Translations under genes and position numbers: made by a program | Sequence record: DRR378314_685 | Length of the DNA: 64,000 bases | Reading direction: 5' to 3' (one strand) | The notes under the pieces: generated by a model | Database searches by the model: none | Seen by the model: only the letters and a program-made list of their open reading frames with translations | What the model was told of the DNA's origin: nothing | In this document: positions 1 through 9,537 of the stretch, piece by piece | How the letters are laid out: every line of letters begins with the position of its first letter | How positions within the stretch are numbered: the stretch's first letter is position 1

Positions 1-1102
1 GACCTCGCTTGACCCGCATTCAAGCTATCTCGATCCCGATGATTTCCGCTCCATGCAGGTGCAGACCAGCGGGGAATATGGCGGGCTCGGCATTGAAGTC
101 ACGATGGAAGATGGCTTTGTGAAGGTGATCTCGCCGATGGATGATACGCCAGCCAGCCGGGCTGGAATTCAGCCGGGCGATCTGATCACAGCCATCAATG
201 GCGCGCCGATCATTGGACAGACCCTGAATGATGCCGTGAAGGAAATGCGCGGTGAGAAGGGGACCGATATCGACATCACCATCCTTCGCGAAGGTGTTGA
301 CCCATTCGATGTGACGCTCACCCGCGAAGTTATCCAGCAGAAATCCGTCACCTGGAAGATGCAGGAAAACGACATCGGCTATATCCGCATTTCGACCTTC
401 AATGAGCGCACGACACTGCTGCTGGAAGAGTCGATTGAGGAAATTGCCAAGGAGACTGGCTCGCGTCCGCGTGGCTTGATTCTTGACCTGCGCAACAATG
501 GCGGCGGGCTGCTCGATCAGGCTGTTTCCGTGTCTGACATGTTCTTGTCAGGCGGTGAGGTCGTGTCCACGCAAGGTCGTCGTATCTCGGATATGGAGCG
601 CTATAACGCCCGGTCTGGCGAAGTCTTCAAAGGCACGCCAATGATCGTGCTGATCAATGGTGGGTCAGCGTCTGCGTCAGAGATCGTCGCTGGCGCACTA
701 CAGGATCGCAATCGCGCGACCGTGATTGGCACAACCAGTTTCGGCAAAGGCTCGGTGCAGACAGTCATCCCGCTTGGCGCAGATCGTGGCGCAGTTCGCC
801 TCACCACGGCGCGCTATTACACGCCGGCCGGTCGCTCGATTCAGGCGCTCGGAATTGATCCGGATATCGAGATCACGCAATCGCGCCTGACCGAAGAAGA
901 GCTTGCCCGCATCAAGCGCTGGTCGGAAGCAGATCTTCCGCATGCGCTTGCCAATGAAGATGGCGAGGCTCGCCAGGACATCTCCATGCCGGACGAACAG
1001 CCGCCTGAAGACTGGGATGGTGAGGACTATCAGCTGAAAAGAGCTGTGGAAATGTTGAACGAAGGCACTGTTACCGCCAGTGCAATTCGCCGAGCTGGTT
1101 AA
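1..1102 (+). CDS. ctpA: S41 family carboxyl-terminal processing protease (5' end outside window)
   Basis: PDZ region (GGLGIEV...VISPMDDTPA), LDLRNNGGG, SASASEIVAGALQD, SFGKGSVQ; frame open back to window start. Confidence 0.93.
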   Translation, partial: TSLDPHSSYLDPDDFRSMQVQTSGEYGGLGIEVTMEDGFVKVISPMDDTPASRAGIQPGDLITAINGAPIIGQTLNDAVKEMRGEKGTDIDITILREGVDPFDVTLTREVIQQKSVTWKMQENDIGYIRISTFNERTTLLLEESIEEIAKETGSRPRGLILDLRNNGGGLLDQAVSVSDMFLSGGEVVSTQGRRISDMERYNARSGEVFKGTPMIVLINGGSASASEIVAGALQDRNRATVIGTTSFGKGSVQTVIPLGADRGAVRLTTARYYTPAGRSIQALGIDPDIEITQSRLTEEELARIKRWSEADLPHALANEDGEARQDISMPDEQPPEDWDGEDYQLKRAVEMLNEGTVTASAIRRAG

Positions 1103-1126
1103 CGAGATCTTTGCAACCTGTTAACC
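1099..1126 (+). promoter_or_regulatory. Candidate CtrA site(s): TTAA-N7-TTTG-N7-TTAACC
   Basis: Three half-sites in 11-bp phase at 1099, 1110 and 1121; the middle one is degenerate. Confidence 0.4.
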
Positions 1127-1183
1127 AGTTGGATGCAATTCTGTTCGTTCGGAATGCACCAATCTGATTAATGAGGTCCATGA

Positions 1184-2485
1184 ATGGCTAGCCGCAGGGA
1201 TGCCGACCCGTCTCCATTGCGTTCGGGTCTGACTCATACCGGATTGAGCCTGCTCGTGTTCGGAGGCATCGCCGCCAGCCTTGGCGTTGTGATCCATTAT
1301 TCTGGCAATCCGGCAAATTCAGGCCCTCGTGAGGTGCTTGCCCTGTTCGAGACAAGTCAGGGGTCGCAGGCCAATCTGAAAGCGCGCCTGAAATCGGAAA
1401 CGCCGACCGGCGTTGCGGCGACGGTCGTTCTGGCGGATGACGACACCATCGGCATGCAACCCACACTGGGCGTGGAATACAGCGAGGCGCCGGTTCTGGC
1501 TACCGAGGCCCAACCAACAGGTCAGGGCGATGAAGATTCAGCGGGTGCAGGCATTCGCATCAACGGCACCCTGGTGCGGCCGGGCGAGTCCTATGGGGAA
1601 ATAACCCGGATCACGTCGCTCGACCCCGCGCCGATTTCCGGTCTGTCAGAGCGCGTGAACGGGCTGACCCTGCCGCGTATCTCTGCTGAGGGCCGGGCAC
1701 CATCAGACGTGTACGCGCGCCCCTTTGCCAATCCGGGCAACCAGCCGGTTGTCGCGCTCGTCATCGGCGGACTCGGCATCAATGCCACACATACGAAAGC
1801 CGCGATCAACGAGCTTCCGCCTGAAGTGACTTTGTCCTTCGCGCCGGACGCCGGGAACCTCCAGTATTGGGTCAATCAAGCGCGCGAGAAGGGCCATGAA
1901 GTCCTGATCGAAGTGCCGATGGAGGCATTTGAGTACGGGCGTATGAAGATGCACCCGCAGACGCTGTTGGCAAATGATGATGGTACGCGAAACATTCCGC
2001 GGCTTGAGCGTTTGCTCAGCCGTGCAAGCGGCTATTTCGGCATTATCAACTATCAGGGTGCCAAGTTTGCAGAAGACGCAGGCGCGGTGAACTCGGTTCT
2101 GGACATTCTCAAGGATCGCGGTGTCGCGCTGATAGAAGATGGCAGCTTCTCTGGTGGTGCATTTGACACGGCAGCTGGCCAGACGAATCTGAAATATGCG
2201 CGTGCAGCCAGCACGATCGACGCCAAAATGAATGCGGATGATATCCGCAATGAGTTGCTTGGTCTGGAAACACTGGCCAAGGAAAGCGGCGGTTCGATGG
2301 GGGCAGGGTATGCCTACCCGCTAACCATCGAGATCGCGAAGGATTGGACGAAGGATCTGCAGAATCGCGGCGTTCTTCTTGCCCCTGTCTCCGCGCTGAC
2401 CGCTGAAAAGTCTGCAGAAAATGACGCGTTGCAGCCGGTGAAGACTGGAAGCTTGATGCAGGCTCCGCTAAACCCTGAAGGGTGA
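1184..2485 (+). CDS. Divergent polysaccharide deacetylase family protein (YibQ-like), N-terminal membrane anchor
   Basis: VALVIGGLG...LPPEVTLSFAP...GHEVLIEVPME; usual position between ctpA and rppH. Confidence 0.85.
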   Translation: MASRRDADPSPLRSGLTHTGLSLLVFGGIAASLGVVIHYSGNPANSGPREVLALFETSQGSQANLKARLKSETPTGVAATVVLADDDTIGMQPTLGVEYSEAPVLATEAQPTGQGDEDSAGAGIRINGTLVRPGESYGEITRITSLDPAPISGLSERVNGLTLPRISAEGRAPSDVYARPFANPGNQPVVALVIGGLGINATHTKAAINELPPEVTLSFAPDAGNLQYWVNQAREKGHEVLIEVPMEAFEYGRMKMHPQTLLANDDGTRNIPRLERLLSRASGYFGIINYQGAKFAEDAGAVNSVLDILKDRGVALIEDGSFSGGAFDTAAGQTNLKYARAASTIDAKMNADDIRNELLGLETLAKESGGSMGAGYAYPLTIEIAKDWTKDLQNRGVLLAPVSALTAEKSAENDALQPVKTGSLMQAPLNPEG

Positions 2486-2997
2486 GCGTAACAATACCTG
2501 ATCCAGACCTGTATCGGCCGAATGTCGGCCTCGCCGTGTTTTCAAAGGCGGGGCATGTTTTCATTGGCCGCAGGATAAATGGCCGTGGGGCCTTCCAATG
2601 GCAGATGCCGCAGGGCGGGATCGACAAGGGCGAAACGCCGCTTGTTGGGGCGCTACGAGAACTCGAAGAAGAAGTCGGAATTCCCGACAAGCTCGTAGAC
2701 GTTCTCGAAGAGACATCCGACTGGCTCTACTATGACTTTCCACATGATGTGAAAAAGCGCCTGCCGGGGCCCTATATCGGGCAGCGGCAGAAATGGTTCG
2801 CGTTGCGCTTCAAGGGCTCTGACAGTGATGTGCGCCTGGACCGGCACACGCCGGAATTCGATGCATGGCGCTGGGCACGTCTTGAGGAAGTTCCGTCCAT
2901 GGTCGTACCCTTCAAGCGGATGGTGTACTCCGAAGTTGCCGAACGGTTTCGGATCTGGTGCGAACCGGTTCCGGGCCACAAGGAAACCCAAGGCTAG
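2482..2997 (+). CDS. rppH: RNA pyrophosphohydrolase
   Basis: YRPNVG, WQMPQGGID, Nudix box RELEEEVG, GQRQKWF. Confidence 0.93.
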   Translation: MSVTIPDPDLYRPNVGLAVFSKAGHVFIGRRINGRGAFQWQMPQGGIDKGETPLVGALRELEEEVGIPDKLVDVLEETSDWLYYDFPHDVKKRLPGPYIGQRQKWFALRFKGSDSDVRLDRHTPEFDAWRWARLEEVPSMVVPFKRMVYSEVAERFRIWCEPVPGHKETQG

Positions 2998-3024
2998 AGA
3001 CCAGCAGACCTGAAGGGCGCCCTG

Positions 3025-3801
3025 ATGACAAAATCCCTGTTGATGATCCATGGTATCGGGTGCGGCGGAGAGGTTTGGGATCGCATGCGGCCCGGCTTTG
3101 AGGCGGCTGGCTGGCTCTGCGAAGCGCCAACCCTTTTTGCGGATCGCCGCGTTCCTGAAAACCCGCCTGAATCGCTCGCGGAACTTGGCTTGGATGATTA
3201 TGTCTCGGCAATGGCTGACAAAGCGCGCGCGATGGCGGACGAGACGGGTGCGCCGCCCGCGGTAATTGGCCATTCGATGGGCGGTCTCATTGCGCAGTGC
3301 CTGGCAGAGGAGGGGCTTGTCAGTCAGGCGGTGTTCCTGACGCCTGCGCAGCCCAAGGATTGCGCTGTGGTGACGCTGTCGGTTGCGTATACATTCCTGA
3401 ATATCCTGATCGGACGTGACCGCACCAAGGGGTACAAGATTTGGCAGTCAGGCTTCCGGTATGGCGTGCTCAACAAGGTTGCGCGTCGTCGGCATGCGGA
3501 AATCTATGCAAGTGCCCTGTATGACTCGGGCAAGGTTTATGGCGACATATCCGATGGCATTGAGATTGACGAATCCCTGATCAAAATTCCTACACTGACC
3601 ATCGCGGCAGGAGCTGACCGGGCAACGCCTGCCAAGGGAGTTCGGAAGGTCGGCGAGAAATACGCAAAGAGCCCCGTCGCCGGAGGCTTCCTGGAGTACA
3701 AGGATAACGCGCACTGGATCGTTGATGAACCGGGCACGGACAAGGTTGTGGCCGATATTGTCGCCTGGCTGGAGCGGGCTAGGCTTGATGAGAACCCATA
3801 A
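3025..3801 (+). CDS. Alpha/beta hydrolase
   Basis: IHG oxyanion motif, GHSMGG nucleophile elbow, C-terminal AHW. Confidence 0.85.
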   Translation: MTKSLLMIHGIGCGGEVWDRMRPGFEAAGWLCEAPTLFADRRVPENPPESLAELGLDDYVSAMADKARAMADETGAPPAVIGHSMGGLIAQCLAEEGLVSQAVFLTPAQPKDCAVVTLSVAYTFLNILIGRDRTKGYKIWQSGFRYGVLNKVARRRHAEIYASALYDSGKVYGDISDGIEIDESLIKIPTLTIAAGADRATPAKGVRKVGEKYAKSPVAGGFLEYKDNAHWIVDEPGTDKVVADIVAWLERARLDENP

Positions 3802-3835
3802 AGGAAAGCCCCAACCATCCGGTCAGGGCTTTCCT
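3802..3835. terminator. Hairpin between convergent genes, probable bidirectional terminator
   Basis: AGGAAAGCCC / GGGCTTTCCT 10-bp stem. Confidence 0.65.
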
Positions 3836-3854
3836 GTTTCGATAAAGATGCGGT

Positions 3855-4478
3855 TCAGCCCTTGCCAGCCATGCGCAGGAATCGGTTGCGCAGGTCTGCA
3901 TCAGATTTGAACACGCCCGTGAATTGCGTGGTGATCGTGCTGACATCCTTGTGGTGAACGCCGCGCGTGGACATGCATTCGTGGACGGCATCAATCAGGA
4001 CAGCCGTGCCCATAGGGGCCAGGCTTTCGGTGATCGCATCACAGATTTGCGCTGTCATGGTTTCCTGTGTTTGCAAGCGCTTGGAAAAGATCTCCACGAC
4101 ACGTGCCAGTTTGGAAATACCTACAACGGCTGCCGATGGCATATAGGCCACGTAAGCCTTGCCGAGGAAAGGCGCCATGTGGTGTTCGCAATGGCTTTCC
4201 ACGTCAATGCTGCGCAGCATGACGATGTCGTCATAGCCCTGCACGTCTTCAAAGGTGCGTGACAGGTACTTTACCGGGTCTTCGTCATAGCCGGAGAACC
4301 ATTCCTTGTAGGCATTGACCACGCGTTTTGGCGTATCAAGCAGGCCTTCACGCTGTGGATCGTCGCCAGCCCATGCAATGAGCGTGCGAACGGCCTCTTC
4401 AGCTTCCTGAACGGTGGGGCGCTTCACAGGCTCAGCGCGTGCCTTGTCTTTATTGGGAGTGATGGCGTCCATTGCCAT
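3855..4478 (-). CDS. folE: GTP cyclohydrolase I
   Basis: REGLLDTPKRV, SHCEHHMAPF, GISKLAR, RLQTQE, HECMSTRGV. Confidence 0.96.
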   Translation of the reverse strand: MAMDAITPNKDKARAEPVKRPTVQEAEEAVRTLIAWAGDDPQREGLLDTPKRVVNAYKEWFSGYDEDPVKYLSRTFEDVQGYDDIVMLRSIDVESHCEHHMAPFLGKAYVAYMPSAAVVGISKLARVVEIFSKRLQTQETMTAQICDAITESLAPMGTAVLIDAVHECMSTRGVHHKDVSTITTQFTGVFKSDADLRNRFLRMAGKG

Positions 4479-4496
4479 GATTGAAGTTTCCTTCGA

Positions 4497-4594
4497 CTGA
4501 GGGACGGGGGTCGAGCCGAGGCTTGGTCTGGGAAAGCGCGTTCATCTTGCTCCCCTGCCCGGACTTAACGCCCGCCCGGAGTTGATACCCTCAG
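4497..4594 (-). ncRNA. Candidate structured cis-regulatory RNA in the folE leader (THF-riboswitch-like)
   Basis: Closing helix CUGAGGG/CCCUCAG; internal GCGUUAAGU and GACCAA junction strands; ends 3 nt before the AAGGAA SD. Confidence 0.5.
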
Positions 4595-4713
4595 GGCGAT
4601 ATGAGGAACATAAGGGCGTGAATGCCCTGTTTCCAGCCCTTTCTACGGTGACGTTGCGCCAGTGGATGAGTCATTTCTTGGCTTTTTTGTACGTCGATGA
4701 TACTGGCTCGCGA

Positions 4714-4764
4714 ATGAAAACGATCCGATTTCACCGTTGTTCTGCCTGCTGCTGTTGCTGTTGA
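4714..4764 (+). CDS. Cys-rich leader peptide MKTIRFHRCSACCCCC upstream of cysS
   Basis: 16 codons with 6 Cys, 5 of them consecutive before the stop; ends 82 nt before the cysS ATG. Confidence 0.8.
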   Translation: MKTIRFHRCSACCCCC

Positions 4765-4846
4765 CGCCTCAACGCGCCATTAGGGCTGGCCATATATTCC
4801 CGAAGCCAGCGCATTCCTCAGACTTTCGAAATCGAGCCATAAGACC

Positions 4847-6232
4847 ATGACAATCCGCCTTTATGACACCGCCGCGCGCGAAAAGCGCGTATTCGAGCCG
4901 CAGGATCCGGCCCGGGTCACGATGTATGTCTGCGGGCCGACCGTCTACAATTACGCCCATATCGGCAATGCGCGCCCGCCCATCGTATTTGACACGCTGC
5001 GGCGTCTGCTGATGCGGGTGTATGGTGAGGAAGCTGTCGTCTATGCACGCAACATCACCGACATCGAAGACAAGATCATCAAGGCGAGCCAGGAGAGCGG
5101 TCAGCCGATTGTGGAGATCACCCGGAAATTCGCGGACATCTACAATGCTGACACGACGGCGCTGAACGTTCTGCCTCCGAGCATCGAGCCGTGGGCGACG
5201 CAGCATGTCGGCGAGATGATCGACATGATCGAAAAGCTTGTTCGCAAGGGCTATGCCTATGTCGGCAAGGAAGGCGTCTGGTTCTCCGTCAAGGCCATGT
5301 CCGACTATGGCAAGCTGTCAGGTCGCAAGCTGGAAGACAATGAAGCCGGCGCGCGGGTTGCGGTCGATGCGGACAAGCGCGATCCGGCAGATTTTGCCCT
5401 CTGGAAGTTCGCCAAGCCCGGCGAGCCGGAAGACGCGATCTGGGATAGCCCGTGGGGCAGGGGACGCCCCGGCTGGCATATCGAATGCTCGGCCATGGCC
5501 GCGAAACATCTTGGCAAGACGATCGACATTCATGGCGGCGGGATTGATTTGCAATTCCCTCATCATGAGAACGAGATTGCCCAATCCGAATGTGCGCACG
5601 GCGAGGTGATGGCGAATTACTGGTTGCACAATGGCTTCCTCGACATGGGCGGCGAGAAGATGTCGAAGTCTCTCGGCAATGTCGTCCTGGTTCACGACCT
5701 GCTCCAGAAATGGCCGGGCGAGGTGCTGCGCTTTGCGATGTTGAGCGGGCATTATCGCGCGCCCCTGGACTGGACCGAAGACCTGCTGAAACAGGCAAAG
5801 ACGACACTCGACCGCATCTATGGCGCACTTCGCCGGGTCTGGGCCGCTGAAGGCGGAGAGATCGATGACCGCGGCGTGTTTGATGCGCTGTGTGATGACC
5901 TGAATACGCCGGAGGCGTTGGCGTCCCTTTCCCGTCTGGCAGGGGAAGCGAACACCGCTGCCGACAAAGGCGATGTTGACGCCATGGCGACGGCACGCGC
6001 CAACCTGCTGGATGCAGGGGCGTTTCTCGGCCTGCTGACGATGACGCCGACAAGCTGGGAACAGGGCGGCGATGATGACGACAAGGCGCGAATTGATGCG
6101 CTTGTTCAGGCCCGGATTGATGCCCGCGCGGCAAAGGATTGGGCAGAGGCAGATCGTATTCGCGATGAACTTGCTGCCGAAGGTATCGAGATCATGGATG
6201 GGGCAGGCGGCTCGACCTGGAGACGGGCCTGA
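4847..6232 (+). CDS. cysS: Cysteine--tRNA ligase
   Basis: MYVCGPTVY, HIGN, GRPGWHIECS, FPHHENE, KMSKS. Confidence 0.98.
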   Translation: MTIRLYDTAAREKRVFEPQDPARVTMYVCGPTVYNYAHIGNARPPIVFDTLRRLLMRVYGEEAVVYARNITDIEDKIIKASQESGQPIVEITRKFADIYNADTTALNVLPPSIEPWATQHVGEMIDMIEKLVRKGYAYVGKEGVWFSVKAMSDYGKLSGRKLEDNEAGARVAVDADKRDPADFALWKFAKPGEPEDAIWDSPWGRGRPGWHIECSAMAAKHLGKTIDIHGGGIDLQFPHHENEIAQSECAHGEVMANYWLHNGFLDMGGEKMSKSLGNVVLVHDLLQKWPGEVLRFAMLSGHYRAPLDWTEDLLKQAKTTLDRIYGALRRVWAAEGGEIDDRGVFDALCDDLNTPEALASLSRLAGEANTAADKGDVDAMATARANLLDAGAFLGLLTMTPTSWEQGGDDDDKARIDALVQARIDARAAKDWAEADRIRDELAAEGIEIMDGAGGSTWRRA

Positions 6233-6333
6233 CAGCGTTGCCCATGACGGAAGCTTTATTTGACCTTAAGCGCGCCGTTCGGTCTGGTGCGGACCGGGCC
6301 TGAGCGTCCCGATTTCAATGCAAGACACACTTC

Positions 6334-6375
6334 GCCGCCTGATGGGCCTTTTGGTCATCATCAGGCGGCTTTTTT
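6334..6375 (+). terminator. Rho-independent terminator downstream of cysS (or of a small RNA)
   Basis: GCCGCCTGATG / CATCAGGCGGC stem followed by T6. Confidence 0.8.
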
Positions 6376-6429
6376 CGTCACAGCTGCAATGGCTTGCAAG
6401 AGGGGCGACCCAGAGCCATGTTCCCGGTG

Positions 6430-6888
6430 ATGAGCGAGCTATATCATAACCGCGTCCTGGAACTGGCAGCTGGCATCCCGCATGTTGGCGATCTGGAGTC
6501 GCCGGACGGGTCCGTGCTGAAAGTGTCCCGCGTTTGCGGATCGACCGTGAAAGTGGACCTGACACTGGACGAGGCAGGCGAGCGCGTGACCGCGATTGCT
6601 GTAGATCCCAAGGCCTGCGCGCTGGGGCAGGCCGCGACATCGATCCTGGCCGAACATGCCGTTGGCGCGACGATTGAAGAAATCATCGCGGCGCGCGATG
6701 CGCTGAAAGACATGTTGAAGGACAATGGCCCCCCACCGGAAGGCCGGTTCTGGGAGCTGCGCCATCTTGAGCCCGTGGCGGACTATCCACCGCGGCACAC
6801 ATCGACCCTGCTGGCATTTGAGGCGGCTGTCGCGGCCATCGATGAGGCACTCGCCAGTCGCGGATTGTCGCGAGCGGCAGCGAATTGA
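6430..6888 (+). CDS. IscU/NifU N-terminal-like Fe-S scaffold protein
   Basis: SRVCGS, KACALGQAA, RHTSTLL; alternative ATG at 6418. Confidence 0.82.
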   Translation: MSELYHNRVLELAAGIPHVGDLESPDGSVLKVSRVCGSTVKVDLTLDEAGERVTAIAVDPKACALGQAATSILAEHAVGATIEEIIAARDALKDMLKDNGPPPEGRFWELRHLEPVADYPPRHTSTLLAFEAAVAAIDEALASRGLSRAAAN

Positions 6889-6889
6889 G

Positions 6890-7237
6890 ATGGCCGGGCT
6901 GAGGCGGCACGCGGCGGAGAGCTTGCTTTGGCTCTACAAACACGGGCCGAGCCAGATTTTCTATGCCTTCGGCGCACGTTGCCAGCACACACCGACTTGC
7001 AGCGAATATGGCGCTGAATGTGTTGCGCGCTTCGGTTGGTGGCCGGGCATCTGGATGGCGCTGGCGCGTTTTATCCGGTGCAGGCCGGGTGGGAGTCTTG
7101 GAAGAGATCCTGTGCCCGAATCCCTACCGAAAGTGCCGTTCTGGCAGCCTTGGCGATATGGCGAATGGTCAGCCGGGAAGGTGATGGCGCGAATTGAAAA
7201 CCGGAACGCGTCGTGCCATATAAATTGCAATGAGTGA
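6890..7237 (+). CDS. yidD: Membrane protein insertion efficiency factor
   Basis: CQHTPTCSEY...RFIRCRPGG...DPVP. Confidence 0.88.
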   Translation: MAGLRRHAAESLLWLYKHGPSQIFYAFGARCQHTPTCSEYGAECVARFGWWPGIWMALARFIRCRPGGSLGRDPVPESLPKVPFWQPWRYGEWSAGKVMARIENRNASCHINCNE

Positions 7238-7295
7238 TATTCGTTGCCTTTTCGGCCCTGTTGGCCTGACAACACGAACTCGCCGGGGTGCCTGA
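7230..7295 (+). CDS. Candidate Thr leader peptide MSDIRCLFGPVGLTTRTRRGA upstream of thrS
   Basis: ACA ACA CGA ACT cluster; ATG directly follows a TTGAAA...GCCATATA promoter-like sequence. Confidence 0.55.
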   Translation: MSDIRCLFGPVGLTTRTRRGA

Positions 7296-7514
7296 CGCGC
7301 CCTTGGCCGCGCTGCTGCGCGCCCGCATCACGCACCCGTAAAAAGCCTGAGATGAACCCCGGACTCTGGTTCCGGCCTGCCAGACTGCACGTTCAATGTG
7401 TATGGGGTGGGAAATCTGGTGAAGTCGCGTTAAGCAGTCGCCGGATAAAGGGCCAGACCGGAACCGAATTTGCCGCGCTGCCTGCAGCGCCGATATGCAC
7501 GAAAAGACTGAACC

Positions 7515-9497
7515 ATGATCAAAGTTTCCCTGCCAGACGGCTCCGTTCGAGAATATGAAGACGGTGCGTCTCCGTTCGATGTCGCCAAATCCATTTCCAA
7601 CTCCCTTGCCAAGAAAGCGCTCGCCGCGCGTGTTGATGGCGAACTGAGGGATCTGATGCGCCCGCTTGAGGGGGATGCCAGCATTGAGATCGTCACGGCG
7701 AATGATGCCGATGGCCTTGAACTGATCCGCCATGACGCGGCGCATGTGCTCGCCCAGGCGGTGCAGGAACTCTATCCCGATGCACAGGTCACGATCGGAC
7801 CGGTGATCGATGATGGCTTTTATTACGACTTCGCCCGCGAGGAGCCTTTCTCAACGGAAGACTTCGAAAAGATCGAGAAGAAGATGCGCGAGATTGTCGA
7901 TGCAGACTATCCGATCATCCGCGAAGTCTGGGCGAAGGAAGATGCCATCGAGACGTTCAAGAAGATCGGCGAAGATTACAAGGCTCAGATCATCGACGAC
8001 ATCATCCCGCCGGGCGAACCGATCACGGTCTACAAGCAGGGCGAGTGGTTTGATCTGTGCCGGGGGCCGCATCTGCCATCGACGGGCAAATTGCCAAAAG
8101 CCTTCAAACTGATGAAGTTGGCGGGTGCGTACTGGCGCGGGGACTCGAAGAACGAGATGCTGCAGCGCATGTACGGCACGGCCTGGGCGAACGAGAAAGA
8201 CCTGAAAGCGCATCTCACGCGTCTGGAAGAGGCCGAGAAGCGCGACCACCGCAAGCTGGCCACGCAGCTGGACCTGTTCCATCTCGATGGCCTCGCTGCG
8301 GCGGGCTCCATCTTCTGGCATCCGAAAGGGTATCAGATCTGGCGTCAGATTGAATCCTACATGCGTCGCCGCCTCGATGCGGCAGGCTATGAAGAGATCA
8401 AGACGCCGCAGCTGATGGACTCCGTTCAGTGGGAGAAATCCGGTCACTGGGGTAAGTATCGCGAGAACATGTTCATCGTTCCGGATTTCATTCCGGAAGG
8501 GGATGAAGGCGTTGAAATCTCCGTGCCGGAAGATGCCAAGCTGATGGCGCTGAAGCCAATGAACTGCCCGGCGCATGTCGAAGTGTTCAAGCAGGGCCAG
8601 AAATCATATCGTGACCTGCCGCTTCGCCTTGCAGAATTCGGATGCTGTCACCGCAACGAGCCGCATGGCGCGCTGCACGGCATCATGCGCGTTCGTCAGT
8701 TCACGCAGGACGATGCACATATCTTCTGCCGTGAAGACCAGATCGTCGAGGAATCCATCAAGTTCTGTCGCCTCTTGGAAAGTGTTTATCGTGACTTCGG
8801 CTTTGAAGACATTGCGGTGAAACTGTCCACGCGTCCGGATGTGCGTGCCGGCAGTGACGAGACGTGGGACCGGGCCGAGAAAGGCCTTCAGGAGGCGGTC
8901 GATGCGGCGGGCCTGCCATGTGAGATCATGCCGGGCGAGGGGGCATTCTATGGTCCGAAGCTGGAATTCCAGCTGACGGATGCGATTGGCCGCGTCTGGC
9001 AGTGTGGCACGCTGCAGCTGGACTATGTGCTGCCCGAGCGTCTCGGCGCAGAATACACGGCGCCGGATGGATCGAAGCAGCGCCCCGTCATGCTGCATCG
9101 CGCGATCCTGGGATCGATGGAGCGGTTCATCGGTATCCTGATCGAAGAATTCTCGGGTGCGTTCCCGCTCTGGCTTTCGCCCGTGCAGGTCGTGGTCGCG
9201 GCGATCACAGATGCAGCGAACGAGTATGCCGAAGAGGCCGCTGAAGCCCTTCGTAAGGCAGGCCTGCGCGTTGAGACAGATCTTCGCAATGAGAAGATCA
9301 ACTACAAGGTCCGCGAACACTCCGTTCAGAAGGTCCCGATCATCGCGGTAGTCGGCGGACGCGAAGCGGAAGATCGTACGCTCGCGCTTCGCCGCCTGGG
9401 CAGCAATGGTCAGCAGATGATCTCTCTGGATGACGCATGTGTAGACCTCGCGCAGGAAGCACTGGCGCCTGACCTGAAGGTCAGCAGCGCCGAATAG
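7515..9497 (+). CDS. thrS: Threonine--tRNA ligase
   Basis: TGS domain, [43 protein letters not shown]. Confidence 0.98.
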   Translation: MIKVSLPDGSVREYEDGASPFDVAKSISNSLAKKALAARVDGELRDLMRPLEGDASIEIVTANDADGLELIRHDAAHVLAQAVQELYPDAQVTIGPVIDDGFYYDFAREEPFSTEDFEKIEKKMREIVDADYPIIREVWAKEDAIETFKKIGEDYKAQIIDDIIPPGEPITVYKQGEWFDLCRGPHLPSTGKLPKAFKLMKLAGAYWRGDSKNEMLQRMYGTAWANEKDLKAHLTRLEEAEKRDHRKLATQLDLFHLDGLAAAGSIFWHPKGYQIWRQIESYMRRRLDAAGYEEIKTPQLMDSVQWEKSGHWGKYRENMFIVPDFIPEGDEGVEISVPEDAKLMALKPMNCPAHVEVFKQGQKSYRDLPLRLAEFGCCHRNEPHGALHGIMRVRQFTQDDAHIFCREDQIVEESIKFCRLLESVYRDFGFEDIAVKLSTRPDVRAGSDETWDRAEKGLQEAVDAAGLPCEIMPGEGAFYGPKLEFQLTDAIGRVWQCGTLQLDYVLPERLGAEYTAPDGSKQRPVMLHRAILGSMERFIGILIEEFSGAFPLWLSPVQVVVAAITDAANEYAEEAAEALRKAGLRVETDLRNEKINYKVREHSVQKVPIIAVVGGREAEDRTLALRRLGSNGQQMISLDDACVDLAQEALAPDLKVSSAE

Positions 9498-9537
9498 ACG
9501 GGTGACAGGCCGGGCAGATCAGGAAAAGATGCGTGAC

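Noticed and set aside
4731-4793. Minus-strand 20-aa ORF MASPNGALRRQQQQQQAEQR upstream of folE
   Set aside because: It is the antisense shadow of the Cys codon run; the + strand Cys reading fits cysS, whereas Gln has no clear link to folE
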